Assembly (NCBI GenBank): GCA_963704885.1
Contig: CAVPIB010000004.1
Coordinates: 448,001 to 512,000 of the forward strand
Reading direction: 5' to 3'
DNA length: 64,000 bases
Source of the DNA: an uncultured Actinomycetes bacterium
Lineage (GTDB): Bacteria > Actinomycetota > UBA4738 > HRBIN12
Below the pieces are notes generated by a model, which had not been told where the DNA came from, searched no databases, and saw nothing but the letters and a program-made list of their open reading frames with translations. Shown here one piece after another: positions 22,602 through 30,862 of the stretch (within the stretch, counting starts at the first letter, position 1; the number at the start of each line of letters is the position of its first letter). A program made the translations under genes and the position numbers.

Positions 22602-24140
22602 GTGTCCGACCGGTTCGACTGGCATCCCGAACCCGAGCTGATCGACGTGCGCGATCCCGAACGTTCTCGGGCGGCGCTCGAAGACCTGGGCGAGCGGATG
22701 TGGCGCGAGGCGCTCGACTGGCTCTACGACGTCGCGATGCAACGTCCGACCGACTCGAGCCTCTATCCGGAGACGCGCGCGAGCTTCTATGGTCCATCGG
22801 GCGGCCCCGCCCCGGCACCACAGCGGGGACGGACGTCGAGCGAGATCCTGCACGAGTTCCGCGAGAGACTGGCGCCCTTCACGTTCGCGTCGCAGAACCC
22901 CGGTTCGTTCAGCTACTTCACACCCCCACCCCTGCCCATGGCGGTCGTCGGCGACACGCTCGCCGCGTGGACGAACCAGGGCAGCGACGTCTGGCTCGCC
23001 GGTATGGCGGCACCCTTCGTAGAAGAGGAAGTCATCCGCTGGATGCGCGACCTGGTGGGCTACGGTGAGACGAGCTGGGGGGTCCTCACCTCGGGCGGCG
23101 TGATGGCGAACATCATGGGCCTAACGGTCGCTCGCGACATCCACTTGACGAAGCTCCTTCGCCTGGGTGCGCCGCCGCGCGGAGCACAGCTGGAGAACGC
23201 GCGCGTCTACGTCTCTGATCAGGCTCACTTCTCGGTCGCCAGGGGCATCGACATGTTGGGGTTCCCGCCCCAGACGCTGCACGTGGTGCCATCGGACGAT
23301 CGGTTCCGGTTGCCCACGGCCTCAGTGGCCGCCGCGATCGTCGAGGACCGAGCCGCAGGTCTCATACCGTTCTGCATCGCGCCGGTCGCCGGCTCGACGA
23401 ACACCGGGTCCGTCGATCCGATCGGCGAGCTGGCCGACCTGGCCGATGAGGAAGGTCTCTGGCTCCACGTCGACGCGGCCTACGGCGGCGCAGTGAGGCT
23501 CTCCCCGCGAGACGCGGGACGCGTAACGGATCTCGAACGCGCCGACTCGCTCACGATCGATCCGCACAAGTGGTTCTTCCAGCCGTACGACATCGGCGCC
23601 TTGCTCGTGAAGCGACGCGAAGACCTGCTGCACACGTTCCACTGGGAGCCGGAGTACTACCGGGTCTGGGAGTCCGAGGACGAGCCTTTGCATTGGTACC
23701 AGTACTCGTTCGAGGGAACGCGTCGGTTCCGCGCGTTGAAGCTGTGGTTGTCGTGGAAGCACCTCGGAACCAAGGGCTTCGCCCGGTTGGTGGAGCACAA
23801 CGACGACCTGGCGGTGCATCTGGCCGAGCGCCTACGCAGCGAGGGCTTCGAGGTGGTGGAGCCCGAGTTGTCGGTGGTGTGCTTCCGCCACGTGCCGACG
23901 GCAGTCGCCGGAGCGGCGCCCACCGTGGTAGACGCGTATCAGAAGGGCCTTCAGCGCGCCCTGGAGGTGAGCGGCGCCGGGTGGGTGTCCACTACCACGT
24001 TGCGCGACCGGACGTTCTTGCGAGCGGGCATCGTGAACTACCTGTCGGACGATGATGACGCCGACCGAGTGGTCGACGTCCTGCTCGACGCCTCAGAAGG
24101 CGTCCTCGAACAGCTCGACCTCGGTGCCGGCCGCTCGTAG
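22602..24140 (+). CDS. Group II PLP-dependent decarboxylase (aromatic/glutamate decarboxylase family)
   Basis: TSGGVMAN, AHFS, AGSTNTGSVD, WLHVDAAYGG, DPHKW (PLP lysine), RALKLW. Confidence 0.9.
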   Translation: MSDRFDWHPEPELIDVRDPERSRAALEDLGERMWREALDWLYDVAMQRPTDSSLYPETRASFYGPSGGPAPAPQRGRTSSEILHEFRERLAPFTFASQNPGSFSYFTPPPLPMAVVGDTLAAWTNQGSDVWLAGMAAPFVEEEVIRWMRDLVGYGETSWGVLTSGGVMANIMGLTVARDIHLTKLLRLGAPPRGAQLENARVYVSDQAHFSVARGIDMLGFPPQTLHVVPSDDRFRLPTASVAAAIVEDRAAGLIPFCIAPVAGSTNTGSVDPIGELADLADEEGLWLHVDAAYGGAVRLSPRDAGRVTDLERADSLTIDPHKWFFQPYDIGALLVKRREDLLHTFHWEPEYYRVWESEDEPLHWYQYSFEGTRRFRALKLWLSWKHLGTKGFARLVEHNDDLAVHLAERLRSEGFEVVEPELSVVCFRHVPTAVAGAAPTVVDAYQKGLQRALEVSGAGWVSTTTLRDRTFLRAGIVNYLSDDDDADRVVDVLLDASEGVLEQLDLGAGRS

Positions 24141-24449
24141 GGCCACGCTTGCGACGTCGAACCGGATCGCTCGCGGCCGCGCCCCGCTCGACTGCAGGAA
24201 TGCCTCGGCCAACGCACGCACCTTCGCACGCTTCCGGCCCGTCACGGCCTCGAAGCCCGCGCCGAAGCGAGCGCCCCGACGCGTCTTCACCTCGCAGAAG
24301 ACCAACGTGTCTGCTCGGGCTAGGACGAGGTCGAGCTCGCCGATCCGGCACCGCCAGTTGCGCGCGATCAGGCGGTAGCCGCGCCGCGTGTACGCCGCCA
24401 GAGCGGCATCCTCTCCGGCCCGGCCGGCGACCGCTCTGGCATCCGCCAC
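24093..24449 (-). CDS. yraN: YraN/UPF0102 family nuclease-like protein
   Basis: GEDAA, RNWRCRIGELDLV, FCEVKTR, RFDV. Confidence 0.9.
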   Translation of the reverse strand: MADARAVAGRAGEDAALAAYTRRGYRLIARNWRCRIGELDLVLARADTLVFCEVKTRRGARFGAGFEAVTGRKRAKVRALAEAFLQSSGARPRAIRFDVASVALRAAGTEVELFEDAF

Positions 24450-24491
24450 GGACCGACCCTACGCGGAGGTACCGACAGGGTTCTGAAGGCG

Positions 24492-24800
24492 TCAGGAAGG
24501 CTCGGGGATCGTGGTGGGCTCGTCCCGGCGCGCGAGCTCCTCAACGTTCACGTCTCGCCGCGTCATCACCCGGACGGTCGAAACGAACCGCGCCGGACGG
24601 AACATGTCCCAGACCCAGGCGTCGGCCAGGTCAACCTGCACCCAGCCTCCGTCCTGCCGAGTGACTTCGACCTTGTTCGCCAGGTAGAAACGGCGCTCGG
24701 TCTCGATCACGTATGTGAACATCGGCAGGACGTCGCGGTACTCGCGGTAGAGCTCCAGCTCGCGCTCTTCTTCGAACCGTTCGATGTCCTCTGGCTCCAC
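24492..24800 (-). CDS. DUF2469 family protein
   Basis: ELELYREYRDV, ETERRFYLAN, DAWVWDMFRPARFV; typical rnhB-yraN neighbour in Actinobacteria. Confidence 0.88.
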   Translation of the reverse strand: MEPEDIERFEEERELELYREYRDVLPMFTYVIETERRFYLANKVEVTRQDGGWVQVDLADAWVWDMFRPARFVSTVRVMTRRDVNVEELARRDEPTTIPEPS

Positions 24801-24812
24801 CAGGGCATCCTC

Positions 24813-25472
24813 TCACGCGGTCGCGACATCCCCGCGGCCCATGCCAGGCAGCGAGGACTGCCCGACCCCGGCGAACGACAACCGGTGGATCGGCGTTGGG
24901 CCGACACGGTCGAGGACCTCCCAGTGCTCGGGAGTGCCGTAGCCCTTGTTGTGGTCGAAGCCGAACTCCGCGTACCTGTGATGGATGCTCCGCATCAGCC
25001 CGTCCCGGGTGACCTTGGCGACGATCCCGGCCGCCGCGACACTCGCCGCTACCGCGTCGCCCTTCTTGATCCCCAGGGAGGGGCACGGCATGCGAGGGAC
25101 CGGGAACCCGTCCGTGAGCACATAGTCGGGCTCCACGTCGAGCGCCTTCACGCACCGCCGAAGCAACGCGATGTTCGATCGATGGAGACCGCGGGCATCG
25201 ATCACGGGCGGTTCGATCCTCCGGACCGCGAACGCCACTGCACCGGCGACGATCCGTTCGTAGGCGGCCTCGCGCTGCAACCGTGTCAACAGCTTCGAGT
25301 CGTCGATGCCCTCGCGGTCGAAGTCGTGGGGCAGGATCACGGCCGCCGCGACCAGAGGGCCGGCGAGAGCGCCCCGCCCGGCCTCGTCCACCCCTGCGAT
25401 GCGTGCGAACCCTTGATCCCTGAGCGCCCGCTCGTAGCGGTCCAGGTCCAGACCGTACCTCAGTGCAGCCAC
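24813..25472 (-). CDS. rnhB: Ribonuclease HII
   Basis: AGVDEAGRGALAGP, DSKLL, KGD, AKVTRD, NKGYGT. Confidence 0.95.
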   Translation of the reverse strand: MAALRYGLDLDRYERALRDQGFARIAGVDEAGRGALAGPLVAAAVILPHDFDREGIDDSKLLTRLQREAAYERIVAGAVAFAVRRIEPPVIDARGLHRSNIALLRRCVKALDVEPDYVLTDGFPVPRMPCPSLGIKKGDAVAASVAAAGIVAKVTRDGLMRSIHHRYAEFGFDHNKGYGTPEHWEVLDRVGPTPIHRLSFAGVGQSSLPGMGRGDVATA

Positions 25473-26200
25473 CCCATCCGCGACGGCGGCCAGATGATCA
25501 CGAACGCCTGGCCGATCACGTTGTCGATCGGGATGTACCCGAGGCCGCCCGGCGGCGCGAAGCGCGAGTCCCCCGAATGGTTCCGGTTGTCCCCCATCAC
25601 GAACAGCATGCCATCAGGCACCGTCTGAGGGCCGAAGGACCGTGTATCCGGATCGTCGGAGTTGACCCAAGGCTCGTCGACCTTGGTCCCATCCACGTAG
25701 GTGACGCCCCTGCGGATCTCCCAGGTCTCTCCGGGCAGCGCGATCACGCGCTTGATGAAGTCGTCGTCGTCGTGTCGTACCACGCCTATCCCCTCGCCCA
25801 GCCAATGCAGCACGCCGTCCAGGACCCCACGATCGTGCGGGGTGGGCGTCGGGTCGGCGAAGACGACGATGTCCCCGCGTTCGATATCGCCGAAGCGGTA
25901 CGCCAGCCGGTTCACCAGGATCCGATCGTCCTTCGTGAGGGTGGGGATCATGGATCCCGAGGGGATATAGAAGGCCTGGATCAGGAACGTCTTGATGATG
26001 ATGGCGATGACGAGCGCGGAGATAGTGAGGATCCCCATCTCGCGGAGGAACCGCCAGCCGGCGTTGGGGTGTTCGTGGGGGGAATCGCTGGGTGCCGATC
26101 TTGGCTCGTAGCTCGGTTCGGAAATCAGTTCGAGATCTGGCAGCTCGGGTGAAGGTGTTGCGGCTAGCGGCTCGGACGATCCCGGCGGGCGGTCACCCAC
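25460..26200 (-). CDS. lepB: Signal peptidase I; start uncertain
   Basis: IPSGSMIPTL, FIKRVIALPG, MGDNRNHSGDSR. Confidence 0.93.
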   Translation of the reverse strand: MGDRPPGSSEPLAATPSPELPDLELISEPSYEPRSAPSDSPHEHPNAGWRFLREMGILTISALVIAIIIKTFLIQAFYIPSGSMIPTLTKDDRILVNRLAYRFGDIERGDIVVFADPTPTPHDRGVLDGVLHWLGEGIGVVRHDDDDFIKRVIALPGETWEIRRGVTYVDGTKVDEPWVNSDDPDTRSFGPQTVPDGMLFVMGDNRNHSGDSRFAPPGGLGYIPIDNVIGQAFVIIWPPSRMGWLH

Positions 26201-26204
26201 CCGG

Positions 26205-26810
26205 TCAGCCCTCGGCCTTCTCCTCCGCCTCGCCGGCGGACACGTCGGCGGCCTCGTCCGCGGACGGCTCGTCTACGGGAGCGTCCACCGCGTCATCGGC
26301 TCGATCGATCTCGGCGACCTCGTCGGTCCGAGGAGCGGCCTGGGACTCGTCAGCAGCTTCGGGCCCGGCCGCGGCTTCGATCGCGGCCTCTTCATCCCCG
26401 GCTTCCGCGGCTTCGGCCTCGGCGGCAGCCATGGCCGCCGCCTCCATCGCAGCGAGCTTAGCGTCGTCGATCCGGCGCTCCTTGATGCGGGCTTTCTTCC
26501 CGCGCAACTCGCGCAGGTAGTAGAGCTTGGCCCGGCGGACCCGTCCTCGCGAGACGATCTCGAACTGGGCGATAGACGGTGAATGAAGCGGGAATGTTCG
26601 CTCCACGCCAACGCCGAACGAGATCTTGCGAACCGTGAACGTCTCGCGAAGACCGCCGTTCTGTCGTCGGATCACCACGCCCTGGAACACCTGAACCCGC
26701 TCGCGACTCCCCTCAACCACCCGCACGTGCACCTTCAAGGTGTCGCCTGGGCGGAAGTCCGGGATGTCCGAGCGCAGATAGGGCTGCTCGACGAGATCGG
26801 TCTTGTTCAT
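26205..26810 (-). CDS. rplS: 50S ribosomal protein L19 with acidic tail
   Basis: [31 protein letters not shown]. Confidence 0.97.
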   Translation of the reverse strand: MNKTDLVEQPYLRSDIPDFRPGDTLKVHVRVVEGSRERVQVFQGVVIRRQNGGLRETFTVRKISFGVGVERTFPLHSPSIAQFEIVSRGRVRRAKLYYLRELRGKKARIKERRIDDAKLAAMEAAAMAAAEAEAAEAGDEEAAIEAAAGPEAADESQAAPRTDEVAEIDRADDAVDAPVDEPSADEAADVSAGEAEEKAEG

Positions 26811-26857
26811 GACAACGGTGCGCGATTGTACCAGTCGCCCCTCTCAGCCCAGACGGG

Positions 26858-27538
26858 CTAGTCGTGTTCTTCAAGCAGGTCGGGTCGGTTTCGTCGCGTC
26901 TTCTCACGGGCGGCTTCGCTCCGCCACCGCTCGATCTCGGCGTGGTCGCCGGAGAGCAAGACCGCAGGGACCTCGAGTTCGCGGAAGCTGCGAGGGCGGG
27001 TGTAGTGGGGATGATCGAGGAGCCCCTGGACCCCGAACGAATCCTGCTCGAGCGAGGCCTCCTTCCCGATGACACCTGGAACGAGTCTGGTGACGGCTTC
27101 GAGCACTACGAGGGCCGCTACCTCGCCCCCGGACAGTACGTAGTCTCCAACAGACACCTCCTCGGCCGACAGGCCCTCCACCACCCGTTCATCCACGCCC
27201 TCGTATCGCCCACAGACGAGGACCAGCGATGGCTCGGCGGCGAGGTCTCGGACCGATACTTGGTCGAGTCGCCGCCCCGCGGGCGAGAGCAGGATCGTGC
27301 GTCCCCGATCGGCTCCGAGGGACTCCACGGCCGCGAAGATCGGCTCCGGCTTCATCACCATCCCCGGCCCTCCCCCGAACGGCTCGTCGTCCACCTGGCG
27401 GTGCCGATCGTCCGTGAAGTCGCGGATGTCATGGATCCGGACGTCCAAGATCCCCGCGTCGATCGCCCGCCCCAGGAGGCTCTCCCGGAGCGGGCTCTCG
27501 AAGATGCCGGGGAAGATGGTGAAGATGTCGACCCGCAC
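26858..27538 (-). CDS. trmD: tRNA (guanine-N1)-methyltransferase
   Basis: VDDEPFGGGPGMV, CGRYEGVDER, GDYVLSGGE, LLSGDH. Confidence 0.97.
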   Translation of the reverse strand: MRVDIFTIFPGIFESPLRESLLGRAIDAGILDVRIHDIRDFTDDRHRQVDDEPFGGGPGMVMKPEPIFAAVESLGADRGRTILLSPAGRRLDQVSVRDLAAEPSLVLVCGRYEGVDERVVEGLSAEEVSVGDYVLSGGEVAALVVLEAVTRLVPGVIGKEASLEQDSFGVQGLLDHPHYTRPRSFRELEVPAVLLSGDHAEIERWRSEAAREKTRRNRPDLLEEHD

Positions 27539-27564
27539 GCCGCGAGGCTAGCAGCGTCGCGAGC

Positions 27565-27771
27565 TCAGGCCGTCGTGGACCGCGCCCGCGGGGTGGTCGG
27601 GACCATCCGCGTTAGTGACACGATCGCCGCGAGCACACCGCTACCGACGGACCGAACAGCGATCCGTGGTTCCCGCACCCGCCGGCTACTCACCATCCGC
27701 GCGGTTCGAGCCATATCGGCCGCACGCACCCGATCCTCGATCTGTGCCCTCGCGATCTCTCCCGTCAGCAT
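27565..27771 (-). CDS. Small basic hypothetical protein (68 aa, MLTGEIARAQIEDRVRAADMAR...)
   Basis: Strong GGAGGTGG RBS 5 nt before ATG 27771; upstream TACTGT -10 hexamer and CRP-type box; divergent from the M50 fusion gene. Confidence 0.6.
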   Translation of the reverse strand: MLTGEIARAQIEDRVRAADMARTARMVSSRRVREPRIAVRSVGSGVLAAIVSLTRMVPTTPRARSTTA

Positions 27772-27828
27772 CGCCGCCACCTCCGATGATCCGATGAGCG
27801 AACAGTACGGCGAGGGATCGGCGCCGCC

Positions 27829-27889
27829 GGTGACGACCGACACGCGGTGGGCACGGCTCCATCACGCTCTAGCCGTGATCCCCGTCACC
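27829..27889. promoter_or_regulatory. Two CRP-type boxes in a divergent promoter region
   Basis: GGTGA-CGACCG-ACACG (27829-27844) and CGTGA-TCCCCG-TCACC (27874-27889); -10-like TACTGT (27807-27802, minus) and TACCGT (27913-27918, plus). Confidence 0.6.
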
Positions 27890-27930
27890 GGGCGCGCCCG
27901 ACGCGGTTGCGCTACCGTCCGCCCTCGGAG

Positions 27931-30213
27931 GTGGTCGCGATCGGAGCCGAGTTGAGCCTGCTGTTGGTCCTCGCCGTCGCTGCGGTCGGGATGGGGGCGG
28001 TGTGGTCCCGCACCCGCCGGCGGGTGCGGATCGACGCGGTCCTGAGTGATCGCCTGTCCACAGCGCCTCCGCGGGACATCGACGTGTGGGAGGCGGTTCG
28101 TGTGGCGATCCGGGTCCCGCCCAAGGAGGGCGAGCTCTGGAGCATCCTCGATGAACGGACGGATCCCGCGCGTTTCCGACCCAAGCTCGCCGACGATGTG
28201 GAGATCAAGCGGTTCCCGCTCCGGTGGGGCAACGACTACGCCATGGCCGCGAACCCTCGAGCGATGCTGTTCTTCCGACTCGAACCGTGGGAGGTCGATC
28301 TCCTCGAGCTGATGGACGGGAGCCGGACGGTCGCGGAGATCGTCGTCGACCGGATGGAGGAAGAGGGCGATCTGGACGCGGGTGCCGCCACTGGGCTCGT
28401 CATGGCGCTTCAGAGCGGCGGATTCTTGGATCCCCATCCCCCCGACGTCGAGGGATCGCTCAAGGATCATCTCGATCCCGCCTCTACCGCACGGCGCAAG
28501 CTCAGGACGTTCGCCAAGACCCTCTCGATCGACTGGAGCGGGGCCGATCATCTGGTCAAGTGGTGGTATCGGAACCTGCTCCGCTGGTGCTTCACGCGCG
28601 TCGGTGCGAGCGTCGCAGGGCTCGCCGCGATCGGCGGTTTCGTGGCCTTCATCGCCGTCGAGCGAAGTGGTCGGTTCGGTTTAGGAGACAGCTCAGCACC
28701 TGCCGAGTCCCTGATCCTCCTCGGCCTTTCCTTCGTGCTCACCTTCGCACACGAGCTGGGGCACGCCGTGGTGCTCACGCACTACGACCGACGGGTCAAG
28801 AGCGCTGGGTTCATGATCTACTTCGGGTCCCCGGCATTCTTCGTCGAGGCCTCGGACGGATTGATGCTCGACCGTGGCAAGCGCATCGTCCAGTCCTTCG
28901 CCGGGCCCTTCGCGGAGCTAGTGCTCGCAGGGCTCGCCTCCGTCTACCTCCTCGTGTTCCCCGAGTCCTCGGTCTCGGGTGTCCTCTTCAAGTTCGCTCT
29001 CCTCAACTACTTCGTGATCTTCCTGAACCTGATCCCGCTTCTCGAACTGGACGGCTACTGGATCCTCTCCGACCTCATCCAGGTCCCGGATCTGCGTCCA
29101 CGGTCCCTCGCGTTCATCCAGCGCGACCTCTGGCACAAGCTCCGAACGCGCGAACGACTCACTCCGCAAGAGCTCGGGCTGGGCCTCTACGGTGTGATCG
29201 GGATCGCGTTCACGATCGTCTCGCTGTATTGGGCGTACTTCTTCTGGCAGGAGATCTTCGGCGGACTGATCTCCGCGCTGTGGAACGGCGGGACGGTGTC
29301 GCGGCTCCTGCTGGTCTTGCTCGGGTTGTTCCTCGCCGGCCCGGCACTCAGGGGAGCGATCTCGCTCGGCCGTGTGATCGGTCGTCGCATCCGAGCGGTC
29401 TGGCGCCGGATCCGGTTCCGGACCGAGTCGAGATGGAGGGTGGAAGCCGGAGGACTGATAGACGAGCTCCCGGCGTTCGACGACCTTCCGGTCGAGGTCC
29501 TGAACGATCTCGCGGGGCGGGTCTCGTTGCGCAGCGTGCGCTCGCTACAGCCGGTGTTCCGCCAAGGCGAACGACCGACCGGGTTCTACGTAGTGAGGTC
29601 GGGTCGCGTCGGGATCGAGGAGGAGGATCCTGAGACGGGCGATACCCAGGTGCTGCGCGTCATGTCGCGGGGTGACTCGTTCGGCGAGCTGGGTCTCCTG
29701 GAGGCCGCGCCCCGATCGGCGACCGCGCGAGCGATCGACGAGTCCGAACTCTTCGAGATCGACAAAGGGACGTTCGACCGGCTCCTCGCCGACTCGATCC
29801 ACGCGCCGAAGTTCGCGCCGACGATGCAGACGTTGATGGAGCTACGGGAGCTGCCGGTGTTCTCGGGACTCGGGTCGGCACCGCTCTCCGAACTCTTGGC
29901 TCACGGCGGATGGATCACGGCACCCCCGGGGCAGGAGTTGATAACCCAAGGGGAGGAAGCCGACGCTTTCTATGCGATCCGCTCAGGCCAGGTCGACGTC
30001 TCTCGCGACGGTGACCACGTCGCGACCCTCGGGCCGGGTTCATACTTCGGTGAGATAGCTCTCCTCAGGTCCTCTCCGCGCACCGCGACGATCGTCGCCC
30101 GCACCCCCCTCCGCGCCTTCAGGCTCGACCGGGAGGGGTTCGACCGCGTGATAGCAGACGCGTTCCGTCGCGGAACCCTGAAGACGGCCGCCGGCAGAAC
30201 GTGGCAGCATTAG
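27931..30213 (+). CDS. Fusion protein: N-terminal TM, PqqD/RRE-like domain, M50 site-2 metalloprotease, two cNMP-binding domains; start GTG 27931 or TTG 27952
   Basis: RRE-like RPKLADDV...FFRLEPWEVDLLELMDGSRTVAEIV...LQSGGFL; HELGH (28750-28764), FAGP, NLIPLLELDGY; FGELGLLEAAPRSAT and YFGEIALLRSSPRTAT phosphate-binding cassettes. Confidence 0.88.
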   Translation: MVAIGAELSLLLVLAVAAVGMGAVWSRTRRRVRIDAVLSDRLSTAPPRDIDVWEAVRVAIRVPPKEGELWSILDERTDPARFRPKLADDVEIKRFPLRWGNDYAMAANPRAMLFFRLEPWEVDLLELMDGSRTVAEIVVDRMEEEGDLDAGAATGLVMALQSGGFLDPHPPDVEGSLKDHLDPASTARRKLRTFAKTLSIDWSGADHLVKWWYRNLLRWCFTRVGASVAGLAAIGGFVAFIAVERSGRFGLGDSSAPAESLILLGLSFVLTFAHELGHAVVLTHYDRRVKSAGFMIYFGSPAFFVEASDGLMLDRGKRIVQSFAGPFAELVLAGLASVYLLVFPESSVSGVLFKFALLNYFVIFLNLIPLLELDGYWILSDLIQVPDLRPRSLAFIQRDLWHKLRTRERLTPQELGLGLYGVIGIAFTIVSLYWAYFFWQEIFGGLISALWNGGTVSRLLLVLLGLFLAGPALRGAISLGRVIGRRIRAVWRRIRFRTESRWRVEAGGLIDELPAFDDLPVEVLNDLAGRVSLRSVRSLQPVFRQGERPTGFYVVRSGRVGIEEEDPETGDTQVLRVMSRGDSFGELGLLEAAPRSATARAIDESELFEIDKGTFDRLLADSIHAPKFAPTMQTLMELRELPVFSGLGSAPLSELLAHGGWITAPPGQELITQGEEADAFYAIRSGQVDVSRDGDHVATLGPGSYFGEIALLRSSPRTATIVARTPLRAFRLDREGFDRVIADAFRRGTLKTAAGRTWQH

Positions 30214-30242
30214 CATGGCCAGACGACGAGAGGATCTGCGAG

Positions 30243-30455
30243 ATGGACTGTTGGCACTGCCGCCGAACCTCCGTCGGCGTCTGTCGGTTCTGCGGACGAG
30301 GGGTATGCGAAGACCACGCGCAGACGCAGCCCTACATCCTGGAGCTGTTCAAGACCACGGAGATCTCACGCGCGATCGTCGTGGAGGACGCGTTGTACTG
30401 CGGTGCGTGCTCCCCCCGCCCCGACCCCGTGGACCTGCCCGAACTCGACGTGTGA
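30243..30455 (+). CDS. Small Cys/His-rich zinc-finger protein (DUF2180/B-box-like), 70 aa
   Basis: MDCWHC-x7-CRFCGRGVCEDH...YCGAC; GAGAGGA RBS before ATG 30243. Confidence 0.75.
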   Translation: MDCWHCRRTSVGVCRFCGRGVCEDHAQTQPYILELFKTTEISRAIVVEDALYCGACSPRPDPVDLPELDV

Positions 30456-30536
30456 CGCACGTCACATCTCGGTGTGCTGCACGTCACAACATCCCTTGTG
30501 TTGGAGGACACCCAAGCATCGGTGACGCACGACACC
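30451..30536. promoter_or_regulatory. Array of four CRP-type boxes upstream of peptide gene 1
   Basis: TGTGA-CGCACG-TCACA (30451, perfect consensus), TGTGC-TGCACG-TCACA (30473), TGTGT-TGGAGG-ACACC (30497), GGTGA-CGCACG-ACACC (30521); all fit GTG-N8-CAC. Confidence 0.75.
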
Positions 30537-30627
30537 CTCGATCCGCCTCGTGAAGCGCAAGATACGCGCATCGAAAGACGGCCCTGGACCCGAGAAGGGT
30601 CGGAGAGCGACGGAGGAGGTGAACCTG

Positions 30628-30780
30628 ATGGCAGAGAAGAAGATCTCGCCGGTCGCCCCGGATGGCGCCCGCGCCGCTGAGGAGCCCGCCGCTCGCGTGA
30701 CCAAGAAGCAGACCATGAAGAAGCTCAGCCACAAGAAGCTCAGCCACAAGAAGCTCAGCCACAAGAAGTTGTCCAACTAG
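30628..30780 (+). CDS. Putative precursor peptide 1 (50 aa): MAEKKISPVAPDGARAAEEPAARVTKKQTMKKLSHKKLSHKKLSHKKLSN
   Basis: GGAGGAGGTG RBS before ATG 30628; downstream hairpin; paralogue at 30949. Confidence 0.8.
   Translation: MAEKKISPVAPDGARAAEEPAARVTKKQTMKKLSHKKLSHKKLSHKKLSN
30718..30762 (+). repeat. Three exact 15-bp tandem repeats AAGAAGCTCAGCCAC (KKLSH)
   Basis: Read directly; flanked by diverged units AAGAAGCAGACCATG and AAGAAGTTGTCCAAC. Confidence 0.95.
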
Positions 30781-30805
30781 GACACTTCCGCAAGTGCCAC
30801 ACCCC

Positions 30806-30835
30806 CAGATGGGCCCGGCACGCCGGGCCCATCTG
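30806..30835 (+). terminator. GC-rich hairpin after peptide 1 (terminator or mRNA-stabilising)
   Basis: CAGATGGGCCCGG-CACG-CCGGGCCCATCTG, 13-bp perfect stem; no U-tract. Confidence 0.65.
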
Positions 30836-30846
30836 CCATCAAGGGG

Positions 30847-30862
30847 TGTGACGCGAAACACA
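30847..30862. promoter_or_regulatory. CRP-type box upstream of peptide gene 2
   Basis: TGTGA-CGCGAA-ACACA, one mismatch to TGTGA-N6-TCACA. Confidence 0.65.

Noticed and set aside
30451-30536. Regularly spaced GCACG[TA]CAC-like repeats as a mini-CRISPR array
   Set aside because: The period is only 22-24 bp, units are degenerate 16-bp palindromes, and there are no cas genes; CRP boxes fit better.
30550-30627. N-terminal extension of peptide 1 in the 76-aa ORF call
   Set aside because: The strong SD precedes ATG 30628, and the paralogue begins at the equivalent MAEK.
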